A stretch of 25,169 nucleotides of DNA from a virus (taxonomy: Duplodnaviria > Caudoviricetes), in the IMG/VR virus record IMGVR_UViG_3300030100_000052, positions 1 to 25,169 of that record, one strand, 5' to 3'. The first letter of the stretch is position 1; each line of letters starts with the position of its first letter. Under the pieces are notes generated by a model, which searched no databases, was not told the DNA's origin, and was given only the letters and a program-made list of their open reading frames with translations. Shown here piece after piece: positions 17,600 through 25,169 of the stretch. The translations under genes were made by a program, and so were the position numbers.

Positions 17600-19263
17600 A
17601 AACTTATCTCTGTTCCGTCTTTTGTTTTAACACCAACAACGTTCTCATACTTGCCTTGCTTTTGCACAATGATCTCAGAAATAGAATCGAACGCACCGTT
17701 CTTAATTAACTCAGCGGCCATCCAAGGTTGAGTGGGCGAGCCCCACTTAGGAGTTATCTTCTTCCATTTACGCACTGCCATATTATGTGCAGTAGGATGG
17801 CCAAACATTAAAGGCATCTTCTTTGAAAAGAACTCGTCCTTGATTGTAAAGACAACCTGACAATAGTCAGCACCATTCTTAGATTTAGTTACAGCTGCGT
17901 AGACATCCGTCACGGTCTTTCTTTTTGGAACCGATGCTTTCCTCTCATCTGATAAAACAGCTTGCTTCTCAGCCTTGGTGCGTCTTGCTACCTCTCTTTC
18001 TTTCTTAGTCCACAAAACATTTGTTTTACTGGCTTCAAACTTCTGCCCACATTCAACACATTCTTTAGCTGATGGTGAGTTAATAGCATTACAGCTTGCA
18101 CAGATCTTAGGTTTGTATCGTCCGGGCAATGTATCTCCTGGTTCTACCTCATCTAAACAACCATGGCGTGCAACATTCTCGCCATAGTCAAGCAATAAAC
18201 AATTCTCTTTGTCATCATGCAATCTCATGCCACGACCACACATCTGCACATACAAGCCAATGCTTTGTGTTGGTCTTAATAAAGCTATGCAGTCTGTTCT
18301 TGGAGCGTCCCAACCTTCAGTCAGCACACCAACGTTGCATAGCGCATGGATCTTGCCATCTTCAAAGTCTTGCAGTATTTGGTCTCGCTTATCGTTAGGT
18401 GTCTCACCTGTAATGAGTTCAGCCTTGATGTTGTATTGCTGTAAGTATTGAGTCATCTTGGCCGCATGTAGCACTGACACACAAAAGAAAACAGAAGCTG
18501 TTCTGCCTTTGGTGTAAGCGTTATCTATCCAGTCGTTGATAACCTCAATGATGGTTTCATCTACCATGGCTACATCTTCTAGTTCTTTTTCCCGGAAGTC
18601 GCCATTCTTAAACTTTAAACTAACCTTGCTAGCATCAATGATTGCATCATCATTAACTGCAAAAGCAGACAGTCTTGATAAGTAACCTGCTTGAATTAGT
18701 TCCGGGATAGATACACTGTAAGCTATGTCTTTGAAGAAATGATCTTTACGATCTCCATAGATATAACCTTGGCCCATGCGATAGGGCGTAGCAGTGCAAC
18801 CCATAACCTTCATAGGCTGACGAGCTGACAGAGTATCAATAATTTTTTTGTATCTGGTAAACGAATTAGGAGGCACGTTGTGAGCCTCGTCTATAATCAT
18901 GTAGTCAAACTTACCTACTTTCTCTAAGCGTTTAGGAGAGGCAAGCGTATCGCGACTGGCTATAAGTATCTGTGCATCATGTTGAAAGCGTTTCATACCA
19001 GCAGCTAACACACCTGTCGGTGCGTTAGGCCACACAGTCTTTAGTTTTGTTTCAGCTTGAGATACAAGTTCTTTTCTGTGTGCCATAACCAAGAACCTAG
19101 CATCAGGATTCTTTGCTAGCACCTCTTTTATAAAGTGAGAAAAGATAATTGTTTTCCCAGCGGCTGTAGGTAAAGCTATAAGAGCATGTTCTTCTACTGG
19201 CCTGGTGGCAAACCAATTGTGCAATGCATCAATAGCATTACGTTGGTAGTATCTAAGCTTCAA
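17596..19263 (-). CDS. Superfamily II DEAH helicase with a C-terminal zinc finger (RadD/YejH-like)
   Basis: Q-motif LRYYQ, LPTAAGKT, DEAH, TAT, EGWD, QMCGRGMR and CxxC...CxxC. The likely start is TTG 19263, 1 nt after the upstream stop. Confidence 0.92.
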   Translation of the reverse strand: MKLRYYQRNAIDALHNWFATRPVEEHALIALPTAAGKTIIFSHFIKEVLAKNPDARFLVMAHRKELVSQAETKLKTVWPNAPTGVLAAGMKRFQHDAQILIASRDTLASPKRLEKVGKFDYMIIDEAHNVPPNSFTRYKKIIDTLSARQPMKVMGCTATPYRMGQGYIYGDRKDHFFKDIAYSVSIPELIQAGYLSRLSAFAVNDDAIIDASKVSLKFKNGDFREKELEDVAMVDETIIEVINDWIDNAYTKGRTASVFFCVSVLHAAKMTQYLQQYNIKAELITGETPNDKRDQILQDFEDGKIHALCNVGVLTEGWDAPRTDCIALLRPTQSIGLYVQMCGRGMRLHDDKENCLLLDYGENVARHGCLDEVEPGDTLPGRYKPKICASCNAINSPSAKECVECGQKFEASKTNVLWTKKEREVARRTKAEKQAVLSDERKASVPKRKTVTDVYAAVTKSKNGADYCQVVFTIKDEFFSKKMPLMFGHPTAHNMAVRKWKKITPKWGSPTQPWMAAELIKNGAFDSISEIIVQKQGKYENVVGVKTKDGTEISL

Positions 19264-19264
19264 T

Positions 19265-19552
19265 TTAGTGAATCGTTTTGTCTGCTTTTTCTTCTGATAA
19301 GAACTCATCTATGTTAGATGGATCTTTAACAAAGTTGTCGTAAACAATTGACGATATCAGTTTGACTGCATCATCTGGGTTATGCGAAAACTTAAATGCA
19401 GTTAGGATAGCGAACCTAGCCAAAGTTATCACTGCTGCTTTGGTATCTAAATCCATTCTAGACCAATCATCTAAACATATCTCCATGTCTTCAATGACTC
19501 TGTCGCAAGTATCTTTATCTAACAAGTCTTCTGTCATCTTGTTCTTTTTCAT
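19265..19552 (-). CDS. Hypothetical protein
   Basis: 95 aa, tightly packed in the - strand operon. Confidence 0.65.
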   Translation of the reverse strand: MKKNKMTEDLLDKDTCDRVIEDMEICLDDWSRMDLDTKAAVITLARFAILTAFKFSHNPDDAVKLISSIVYDNFVKDPSNIDEFLSEEKADKTIH

Positions 19553-19703
19553 TTTTTACATCCACGTTTAATAATGTAAGTTTAGCATTATGCATAGACT
19601 TGCCTAGTTTAGGTGGCAGATTATTAATTGTTGTATCCACAGAGTTAACAAGATCTGTCATTGCACATATTAAAGCGTTAGCTTCTCTTCTATCTATATT
19701 CAT
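19515..19703 (-). CDS. Hypothetical protein
   Basis: ATG 19703 with SD GGAG at suitable spacing (MNIDRREAN...). The TTG start in the track lies within the SD. Confidence 0.6.
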   Translation of the reverse strand: MNIDRREANALICAMTDLVNSVDTTINNLPPKLGKSMHNAKLTLLNVDVKNEKEQDDRRLVR

Positions 19704-19713
19704 ATTTTTCTCC

Positions 19714-19753
19714 AAAAAAATAGTGAGGTGTTTTAGGGCCTAACCACACCTCA
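19714..19753 (-). terminator. Probable intrinsic terminator/attenuator
   Basis: 8-bp stem TGAGGTGT/ACACCTCA (19724-19731, 19746-19753), followed on the - strand by CTA and T7. Confidence 0.6.
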
Positions 19754-19770
19754 AGGTTATGACGGAGATT

Positions 19771-19980
19771 CTAAGCCCCTTCTTCTCTCCCGGAAATAAT
19801 TTCTTCTATTTCAGTTATGAGATTGTCTCCAAGCCTATCAACTATTGTTAACAAACCTTCTTTAATGGTGTCATGGACACCAAGAGCTTTTATTTCACTC
19901 TTGATGTCACCTGACAGACGATTAACTATGGCATTGTAACCGTCATATGTAGGGACTGGATTACTCATCACTTGTCCCAA
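19771..19980 (-). CDS. Hypothetical protein
   Basis: About 65-69 aa, overlapping the SSB stop. The ATG of MSNPVP is the likelier start. Confidence 0.6.
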   Translation of the reverse strand: MGQVMSNPVPTYDGYNAIVNRLSGDIKSEIKALGVHDTIKEGLLTIVDRLGDNLITEIEEIISGREEGA

Positions 19981-20474
19981 TCAAAGTCGTCATCATCGTT
20001 AGATGAATCAGATTGATTTACATCTTGTTTGCTTGCAACTGGCTTACTATCACTAGGGATAAACTTGCCAATAACATTTTTATCAGCCCACTTAGTGCCA
20101 TCGCCTTTGTCACCACCAACTTCGACTCGCATGGTCGCTAGAAAATTAACATTCATCATTTCTTCTAGCTGCTCGATACCAAAAGCTTCGACATCAGGTT
20201 CCATACCCATGGCCTTTCTCCAGTTACGCAACTTGCCTTTAGTTACATTAAGACCGTTGCCCTCTAGCATGTAGTTTTCCCAAACTTTTCTGCCTTGATA
20301 CTTAGGTCCGACAACATCATAAGTAACTTCTATCATCTTATGACCTTTCTCAGCAGATTTTTTAGACTTCCATGCTGTGGCTACCATTTCGTAATCGCCA
20401 ACTGGCATGAGTTCGATAAGACCACTGTCGTCTTCGACATCGGTCAGGTTCAGATTAAATATATCATCCGTCAT
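19968..20474 (-). CDS. DUF669-like phage single-stranded DNA-binding protein
   Basis: LMPVGDYEM...GPKYQGRKVWEN motif and an acidic tail SSNDDDDFDWDK. It lies next to a Sak4-like ATPase. Confidence 0.8.
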   Translation of the reverse strand: MTDDIFNLNLTDVEDDSGLIELMPVGDYEMVATAWKSKKSAEKGHKMIEVTYDVVGPKYQGRKVWENYMLEGNGLNVTKGKLRNWRKAMGMEPDVEAFGIEQLEEMMNVNFLATMRVEVGGDKGDGTKWADKNVIGKFIPSDSKPVASKQDVNQSDSSNDDDDFDWDK

Positions 20475-21233
20475 TTATTTCTCCTTTAATTGTTTTAGAG
20501 ATTGCTTGAACGCAGATAAGAATGCATTCCAATCAAGATCCAAAGGCATGTTGCCTAAGTCAACTCGACTCTTTGCATCAAAAGCTGCACTGAATTTATG
20601 AAACAACTTACGTTTGCCATAAGACACACCCCTAGTTGTTTCCTTAAAACCTTGGCCGCTAGTTCGAGTTGATACCTCGTAGTTAGCGAACAGGTTAAAG
20701 TCTACCCATTCCTTTATCTGTGAAGATACTTTCTTGTGTAAACTCATTTCCCAACGATCATAGGGCTCACGCTCTGGATCATTGAAAGTTCTGATAGCTA
20801 CATGGGAGAGAAGGATGATGTGCATCTTTTTCTTTTGTAGCAGATCAAACATTTTTAAGATACGGTTATAGAGTTCTGCTGACTCTGTATAACCTTTTCC
20901 GAAACCTAATGCCTCAATAGATTTTATTGAGTGAATATCACAAACCTTTTTTTGCACAAGCTTTTCAGCCCAGTCAGTGGTATCGAATACCAAAGTTTTG
21001 TAATCGTGTTCTTCTTCGTAAAGCGTTTGTAATTGTTTGACAATGTCATCGTAGCTTTCGCACAGAGGAAAGGATGGAGCATCAACAAAGTTAGTGCCAT
21101 CTTCTGTCTTCACAAATATAGGCTTGGGTGCTTTAGAGGCAAAGGTTGTTTTACCTATGCCATCTGTTCCAGCTACATTAATTTTTAAAGCCGGGACTTT
21201 AATTCCTGTTTCAATAGTATTCAATAGACTCAC
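20475..21233 (-). CDS. AAA_24 / Sak4-like ATPase (single-strand annealing recombinase)
   Basis: Walker A GTDGIGKT, Walker B TLVFDT, GFGKGY, ILLSH and DAKSR. Confidence 0.85.
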   Translation of the reverse strand: MSLLNTIETGIKVPALKINVAGTDGIGKTTFASKAPKPIFVKTEDGTNFVDAPSFPLCESYDDIVKQLQTLYEEEHDYKTLVFDTTDWAEKLVQKKVCDIHSIKSIEALGFGKGYTESAELYNRILKMFDLLQKKKMHIILLSHVAIRTFNDPEREPYDRWEMSLHKKVSSQIKEWVDFNLFANYEVSTRTSGQGFKETTRGVSYGKRKLFHKFSAAFDAKSRVDLGNMPLDLDWNAFLSAFKQSLKQLKEK

Positions 21234-21679
21234 TCCTCATCTCCTTTTAATGGATCAATAAAAGATATGTAAGGTCTCTCATTAATCTTGGTGGTTAATG
21301 CAGACTCGATCTTCTGCCAGGTTTCAGGATCAGCTTCTTGCATCTTCTTGCTTTGTCTAACATCTTCAACAAACTCTGACTTAAAAGGAAAGCCAGTTAC
21401 ATCTTTAGCTAAGTCTTGCAACAATTCTTGATCCCACTTTCTCGTCACTTTAAATTGCACTCGCAGATCTTTAGGTATGGCACCGTTAAGTTCTACTCTT
21501 TTAGATCCACCAGAATTTGATAGTGTTTGTGTGATTGGTTTTACTTCTTCGCATTCAACAATAGCATTGTCTAAATTTTTAGATTCTTCTTTCAGCTTTG
21601 CTTGTTGCTGCAAATTTATTTTTTTAAGCTTGAGTAGAGAACGCAAGCCCATTGATTCATAATTGTTTTTATCTGCCAT
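21230..21679 (-). CDS. Hypothetical protein, first gene of the leftward operon
   Basis: 149 aa with SD GGAG, an N-terminal coiled coil and an ATGA overlap with the ATPase. Confidence 0.75.
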   Translation of the reverse strand: MADKNNYESMGLRSLLKLKKINLQQQAKLKEESKNLDNAIVECEEVKPITQTLSNSGGSKRVELNGAIPKDLRVQFKVTRKWDQELLQDLAKDVTGFPFKSEFVEDVRQSKKMQEADPETWQKIESALTTKINERPYISFIDPLKGDEE

Positions 21680-21708
21680 ATACTTTTCTCCAAAAAAATA
21701 CTCTACCT

Positions 21709-21736
21709 ATCTTAATGATATAAAATCATTTGTCAA
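21709..21736 (-). promoter_or_regulatory. Leftward sigma70-like promoter
   Basis: TTGACA-16 nt-TAAGAT on the - strand. Confidence 0.7.
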
Positions 21737-21755
21737 TCATTTGTGAACAAATATC

Positions 21756-21784
21756 TTTACAATTTGTAATGCGTCAATTATCAT
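21756..21784 (+). promoter_or_regulatory. Rightward sigma70-like promoter
   Basis: TTTACA-17 nt-TATCAT, followed by SD AGGAG and ATG 21803. Confidence 0.65.
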
Positions 21785-21802
21785 TGTCTTTTTAGGAGAG
21801 AA

Positions 21803-21997
21803 ATGCAACTCAAAGATTACATTGAAAAACGAGGCGAAGAATCTTTAGCAAAAGATTTGAAAGTCTCAGTGTCAACTATCCGGGCTTGGCGTTGGGGTCA
21901 TAGACAACCCTCAGTCAACCAGGCCAAGAAGCTTATTAAAATGACCGGGCGTGCTCTCGATTGGGAAAGCATTTACGGATCTATCGAAAAGGTATAA
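21803..21997 (+). CDS. Cro/XRE-like helix-turn-helix regulator
   Basis: ESLAKDLKVSVSTIRAWRWGHRQPS HTH signature, 64 aa, first gene after the divergent promoters. Confidence 0.85.
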   Translation: MQLKDYIEKRGEESLAKDLKVSVSTIRAWRWGHRQPSVNQAKKLIKMTGRALDWESIYGSIEKV

Positions 21998-24001
21998 GTG
22001 GCTATTGACCTGAACCTCAATATTAAGGGGGAAGAAATCATGAACGACTCTCGCAGAGAGATGTTGATTTCTTTTTACGAGAATCATTTTCATCTCATAC
22101 CCTGTGGCTCTAGGTCAGACACAATACCAGATTACTTTAAACGTAAACATCAATACGAAGAAGACGATACACTGATTAAGAAATGGTCAAAGACACCAAG
22201 AGTCAAATGGTCTAACTACATAGAAAAACAACCCACATTAAAAGAAATCAAACAATGGTATCTACAGTTCCCAACTTGTAATTGGGCAGCTATCACAGGC
22301 ATAAACTTTGTGGTGCTTGATGCAGATACACAAGAGGCCTGTGAGTTTGTAGAGTCAGGGCAGATAACAAGAACCACCATGAAACAAAAGACACCTCGTG
22401 GTGGTTATCATTACTTCTACGCTATCAATCCAAACCTCAAAGTAAGAAACACCACAGGCAGACTAGACATCAGAGGAGAAGGTGGCTATGTCATGATATC
22501 GCCTTCTAACCAATACATGTTTGAAACTGTGGACAGCATGACCATAGATGACATGGACGAACTCCCTTGTCTTACTAGTAAAGACATGAAGGTAATCTAT
22601 GACTTCAACGATACAGGCAAGACTGGAACGCAAAACAATACTTTGCTTACGATAGATGGTGTTGATACTGGTATGCGTAACGATACCTTGGCAAGACTTG
22701 TTGGCAAATGGATTGCTGAAGGATGGGGCAGACGCGAAGTTATTATTAAATCACTTGATTGGAATCAAACCAACAACCCACCTATGAGTGTGCAAGAAGT
22801 ATTACAGACAGTAAATAGCATATGTGCAGGACATCTAAGAAGAAACCCAGATGAAAGCGTAGGTATCTTGGAATGGAATACAAGTCAGTGGCAGATACAA
22901 CTGACAGATGAACTCAAAGAGATCATGGATCAAGAAGATCCCATCGAACAGCAAAAGAATGAAGACAAACCAGACAGAGACCCACTTGGACTCAAGACAT
23001 TTGCAGATCCCTTTTGGGATGGCATGGACTCATCACGCATCGAACAGTTTTGGGGTGATGCATTTGTCTTTCAACAATCAAGAGTTTTGCTTTTAGGTAA
23101 ACCCAAGATAGGTAAATCGCACTGGCTAGGTGCATTCGCAGCAGCGGCCACCACAGGCACGGAGTTTATGAATCAACAGTTTAGTAGGCCACTTAAGGTT
23201 ATGTGGCTACAGGCGGAGATTATTCATGAGTTCTTAAAGAAAAGAATTGATATGTATTATCAGCCATTCGTTCATGACAAAGAGATGTTAGAAATAGGCA
23301 AGTCCAATCTGATTGCATCAGGTAGGCTACGCAAGAACCTCATGCGAGACAAAGACATAGATGAGATAGCAACAAGTATTGATTATCACAAACCAGACAT
23401 AGTAATGATTGACCCTATCATTAACTTCTTTGATGGTGAAGAGAACTCTAACTCAGAGATACATGCAATGCTCTCGAGGGTAGACAGACTCATAGAACTC
23501 TTTGGCGTAGCTTTTATTATCGCTCATCACACTGGTAAAGAAAGAGCAGATGACTTGTCGTTCATGTCAGCGCGTGGTGGTAGTGCCTTTGCTGGTTGGA
23601 TGGATTCAGGTGTCAAGCTGTCAGGTAAGAAACCCAACATCAATGTATTCTATGAGGCAAGGAATGCTAAAGAACCGGAACAACATCTCGCTTATTTTGA
23701 TTACGACAGAGGATTCTTTAGGGTGGTGGATGCACAAGATTCTCCAGACGAGGTGGAGATAGCAAGAGTTGTGGCATCAGCGATGGATAAGCACAAGTTT
23801 TACACACGACAGGATCTCGAACTTCTTGCTCGTAAAGCCTTGAAAGAAGCTGACCTAGCATCAGGAGAGAGAGCTGCAAGATACGCAGTCTCACATGTGC
23901 AAAAGTATTTAGGAGATAGAGTGAAGAATCACAATGTCCCAGGTAAGAACACTTGGTATTACTTAGAGGGTAATGAAATGAAGAGACCTTGGGATGAATA
24001 A
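21998..24001 (+). CDS. Bifunctional primase-polymerase (Prim-Pol) + PriCT + AAA_25/RepA-type helicase
   Basis: NWAAITG..FVVLDAD, KTPRGGYHYFY, LDIRGEGGYVM, GMRNDTLARLVG, Walker A GKPKIGKS, IVMIDP, IIAHHTGK and ARGGSA. Confidence 0.9.
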   Translation: MAIDLNLNIKGEEIMNDSRREMLISFYENHFHLIPCGSRSDTIPDYFKRKHQYEEDDTLIKKWSKTPRVKWSNYIEKQPTLKEIKQWYLQFPTCNWAAITGINFVVLDADTQEACEFVESGQITRTTMKQKTPRGGYHYFYAINPNLKVRNTTGRLDIRGEGGYVMISPSNQYMFETVDSMTIDDMDELPCLTSKDMKVIYDFNDTGKTGTQNNTLLTIDGVDTGMRNDTLARLVGKWIAEGWGRREVIIKSLDWNQTNNPPMSVQEVLQTVNSICAGHLRRNPDESVGILEWNTSQWQIQLTDELKEIMDQEDPIEQQKNEDKPDRDPLGLKTFADPFWDGMDSSRIEQFWGDAFVFQQSRVLLLGKPKIGKSHWLGAFAAAATTGTEFMNQQFSRPLKVMWLQAEIIHEFLKKRIDMYYQPFVHDKEMLEIGKSNLIASGRLRKNLMRDKDIDEIATSIDYHKPDIVMIDPIINFFDGEENSNSEIHAMLSRVDRLIELFGVAFIIAHHTGKERADDLSFMSARGGSAFAGWMDSGVKLSGKKPNINVFYEARNAKEPEQHLAYFDYDRGFFRVVDAQDSPDEVEIARVVASAMDKHKFYTRQDLELLARKALKEADLASGERAARYAVSHVQKYLGDRVKNHNVPGKNTWYYLEGNEMKRPWDE

Positions 24002-24836
24002 TCCTTACAAGATAGAGGGGCCAGCTCTGATTAGTTTCAGTGGTGGTAGAACATCAGGCTTCATGTTGTGGAATATTATCCAAGCATATGGTGGCACACT
24101 GCCTAAAGATATATATGTTACCTTTGCTAACACAGGCAAGGAAGCCCCAGAGACACTCGACTTTGTGCATGAGATAGGACAGAAGTGGGGCGTAAAAATA
24201 CATTGGCTAGAGTTGTATTTCGGTGAAGAGCGTCCAGTCTATCGCACTAAAGAAGTCACCTATGAAACAGCAAGCAGAAATGGCGAGCCCTTTGAGGCTT
24301 TGATTGATAGAAGACAATACTTACCCAACCCTGTGGCCAGATTCTGCACCACTGAGTTAAAAGTTAAAGTTATGTCAAGGTTTATGCGCAAACTAAAAGA
24401 ACATAAAAATTGGTATAACGTGATAGGTCTTAGATACGATGAACCTCGAAGAGTTTCAAGTGCCATGAACCAAAAGAATGCATGGACAAATGTTTTGCCT
24501 ATGTATCACGCAAAACATACAGTCAAAGATGTGACAGATTTTTGGGAGCAGCAAAATTTTGATTTGAATCTAACAAACTTTGGCGGTAAAACTTTGGCTG
24601 GCAACTGTGACCTCTGCTTTCTTAAAGGCAAGGACACAAAGGTTAAGCTACTGCAAGAAAGACCAGGCATGGCAGATTGGTGGATCAAACAAGAACAAAA
24701 GTTTGGAGTCAATGCTACAGCTACATTTAGAAAAGACAGCGATAACTACATTAAACTTTTAGAAATAAGTAAACAACCAGAATACAAGGAGCAAGATCTG
24801 TTTGATGAACAGATGACATGTTTTTGCCATGATTAA
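23994..24836 (+). CDS. PAPS-reductase-family (PP-loop) protein
   Basis: ISFSGGRTS, FANTGKE, RFCTTELK, IGLRYDEPRR, GNCDLCFLK and a terminal CFCHD. Confidence 0.85.
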   Translation: MNNPYKIEGPALISFSGGRTSGFMLWNIIQAYGGTLPKDIYVTFANTGKEAPETLDFVHEIGQKWGVKIHWLELYFGEERPVYRTKEVTYETASRNGEPFEALIDRRQYLPNPVARFCTTELKVKVMSRFMRKLKEHKNWYNVIGLRYDEPRRVSSAMNQKNAWTNVLPMYHAKHTVKDVTDFWEQQNFDLNLTNFGGKTLAGNCDLCFLKGKDTKVKLLQERPGMADWWIKQEQKFGVNATATFRKDSDNYIKLLEISKQPEYKEQDLFDEQMTCFCHD

Positions 24837-25050
24837 CCTAGACAAGAAAGCATTGCGCGAGGCCATGGTCGATACATTTACTGGCACGCTTATCAATCTG
24901 CCTTTGGTTTGGTTGGTCTTGTTTCTGTGCTTGATGGTCACACACAACAGCTTCTTGATATCACTAGCCCAAGCGAGCGTCCTAACGATAGTGGCAATCA
25001 TTAGAAAGTATTACATCAGAGTTTGGTTTAAGAATAGAGAGAAAGCGTGA
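24829..25050 (+). CDS. Small two-TM membrane protein
   Basis: 73 aa with two hydrophobic helices and a basic RKYYIRVWF tail. It overlaps both neighbours. Confidence 0.7.
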   Translation: MINLDKKALREAMVDTFTGTLINLPLVWLVLFLCLMVTHNSFLISLAQASVLTIVAIIRKYYIRVWFKNREKA

Positions 25051-25115
25051 TAAAGATTTTAGATTTATGTTCCGGGATTGATGGGTTCAGTCTTGGAAGA
25101 GGAGCAGAGAGATGA
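25047..25115 (+). pseudogene. 22-codon remnant of a DNA (cytosine-5)-methyltransferase
   Basis: GTG start in a GTGA overlap. It translates as MIKILDLCSGIDGFSLGRGAER*, which is C5-MTase motif I (LDL[FC]SGIGGFSLG) followed almost immediately by a stop. Confidence 0.75.
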
Positions 25116-25169
25116 AAGAGCATTATAATTTACTGGCTAAAAATAAACAGCTTCTGCCTATGGAATACA
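25112..25169 (+). CDS. Start of a hypothetical protein, 3'-truncated
   Basis: SD GAGGAG, an ATGA overlap, and MKEHYNLLAKNKQLLPMEY open to the window end. Confidence 0.55.
   Translation, partial: MKEHYNLLAKNKQLLPMEY

Noticed and set aside
21714-21786. Fur box
   Set aside because: AATGAT/ATCATT half-sites resemble Fur boxes, but the spacing is 5 nt rather than 1 and the region is very AT-rich. I kept it only as a generic operator.
24829-25050. Holin
   Set aside because: It has two TM helices, but it lies in the early replication/modification operon far from the lysis genes and has no specific support.

Overview
A 25 kb fragment of an AT-rich tailed dsDNA bacteriophage genome, most like marine podovirus-type phages of Gram-negative hosts. 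The left + strand arm (1-15790) starts with an exported/membrane protein cluster, two tandem 'TM coiled-coil + overlapping lipoprotein' pairs (spanin-like), a thermonuclease and a GH24 endolysin. It continues with a tail-hub protein, three very basic small proteins, a GNAT-like protein and three internal-virion/ejection proteins. A convergent - strand arm (15787-21679) encodes RusA, a Cas4-like PD-(D/E)XK nuclease, an SF2 helicase, a DUF669-like SSB and a Sak4/AAA_24 ATPase. A divergent promoter region leads to a Cro-like HTH, a prim-pol/helicase fusion, a PAPS-reductase-family protein and a 22-codon remnant of a C5 DNA methyltransferase. The most interesting signals are a recurrent x-x-(D/E)-G-G motif that divides the putative core/ejection proteins into modules, a DUF5872-like gene split around another basic ORF, doubled spanin-like pairs, a Cas4-like nuclease apparently lacking its Fe-S cysteines, and an AT-rich block fused to RusA. 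No tRNA, rRNA, CRISPR array, integrase or DNA polymerase was seen. All family calls are from motif recognition, not database searches.
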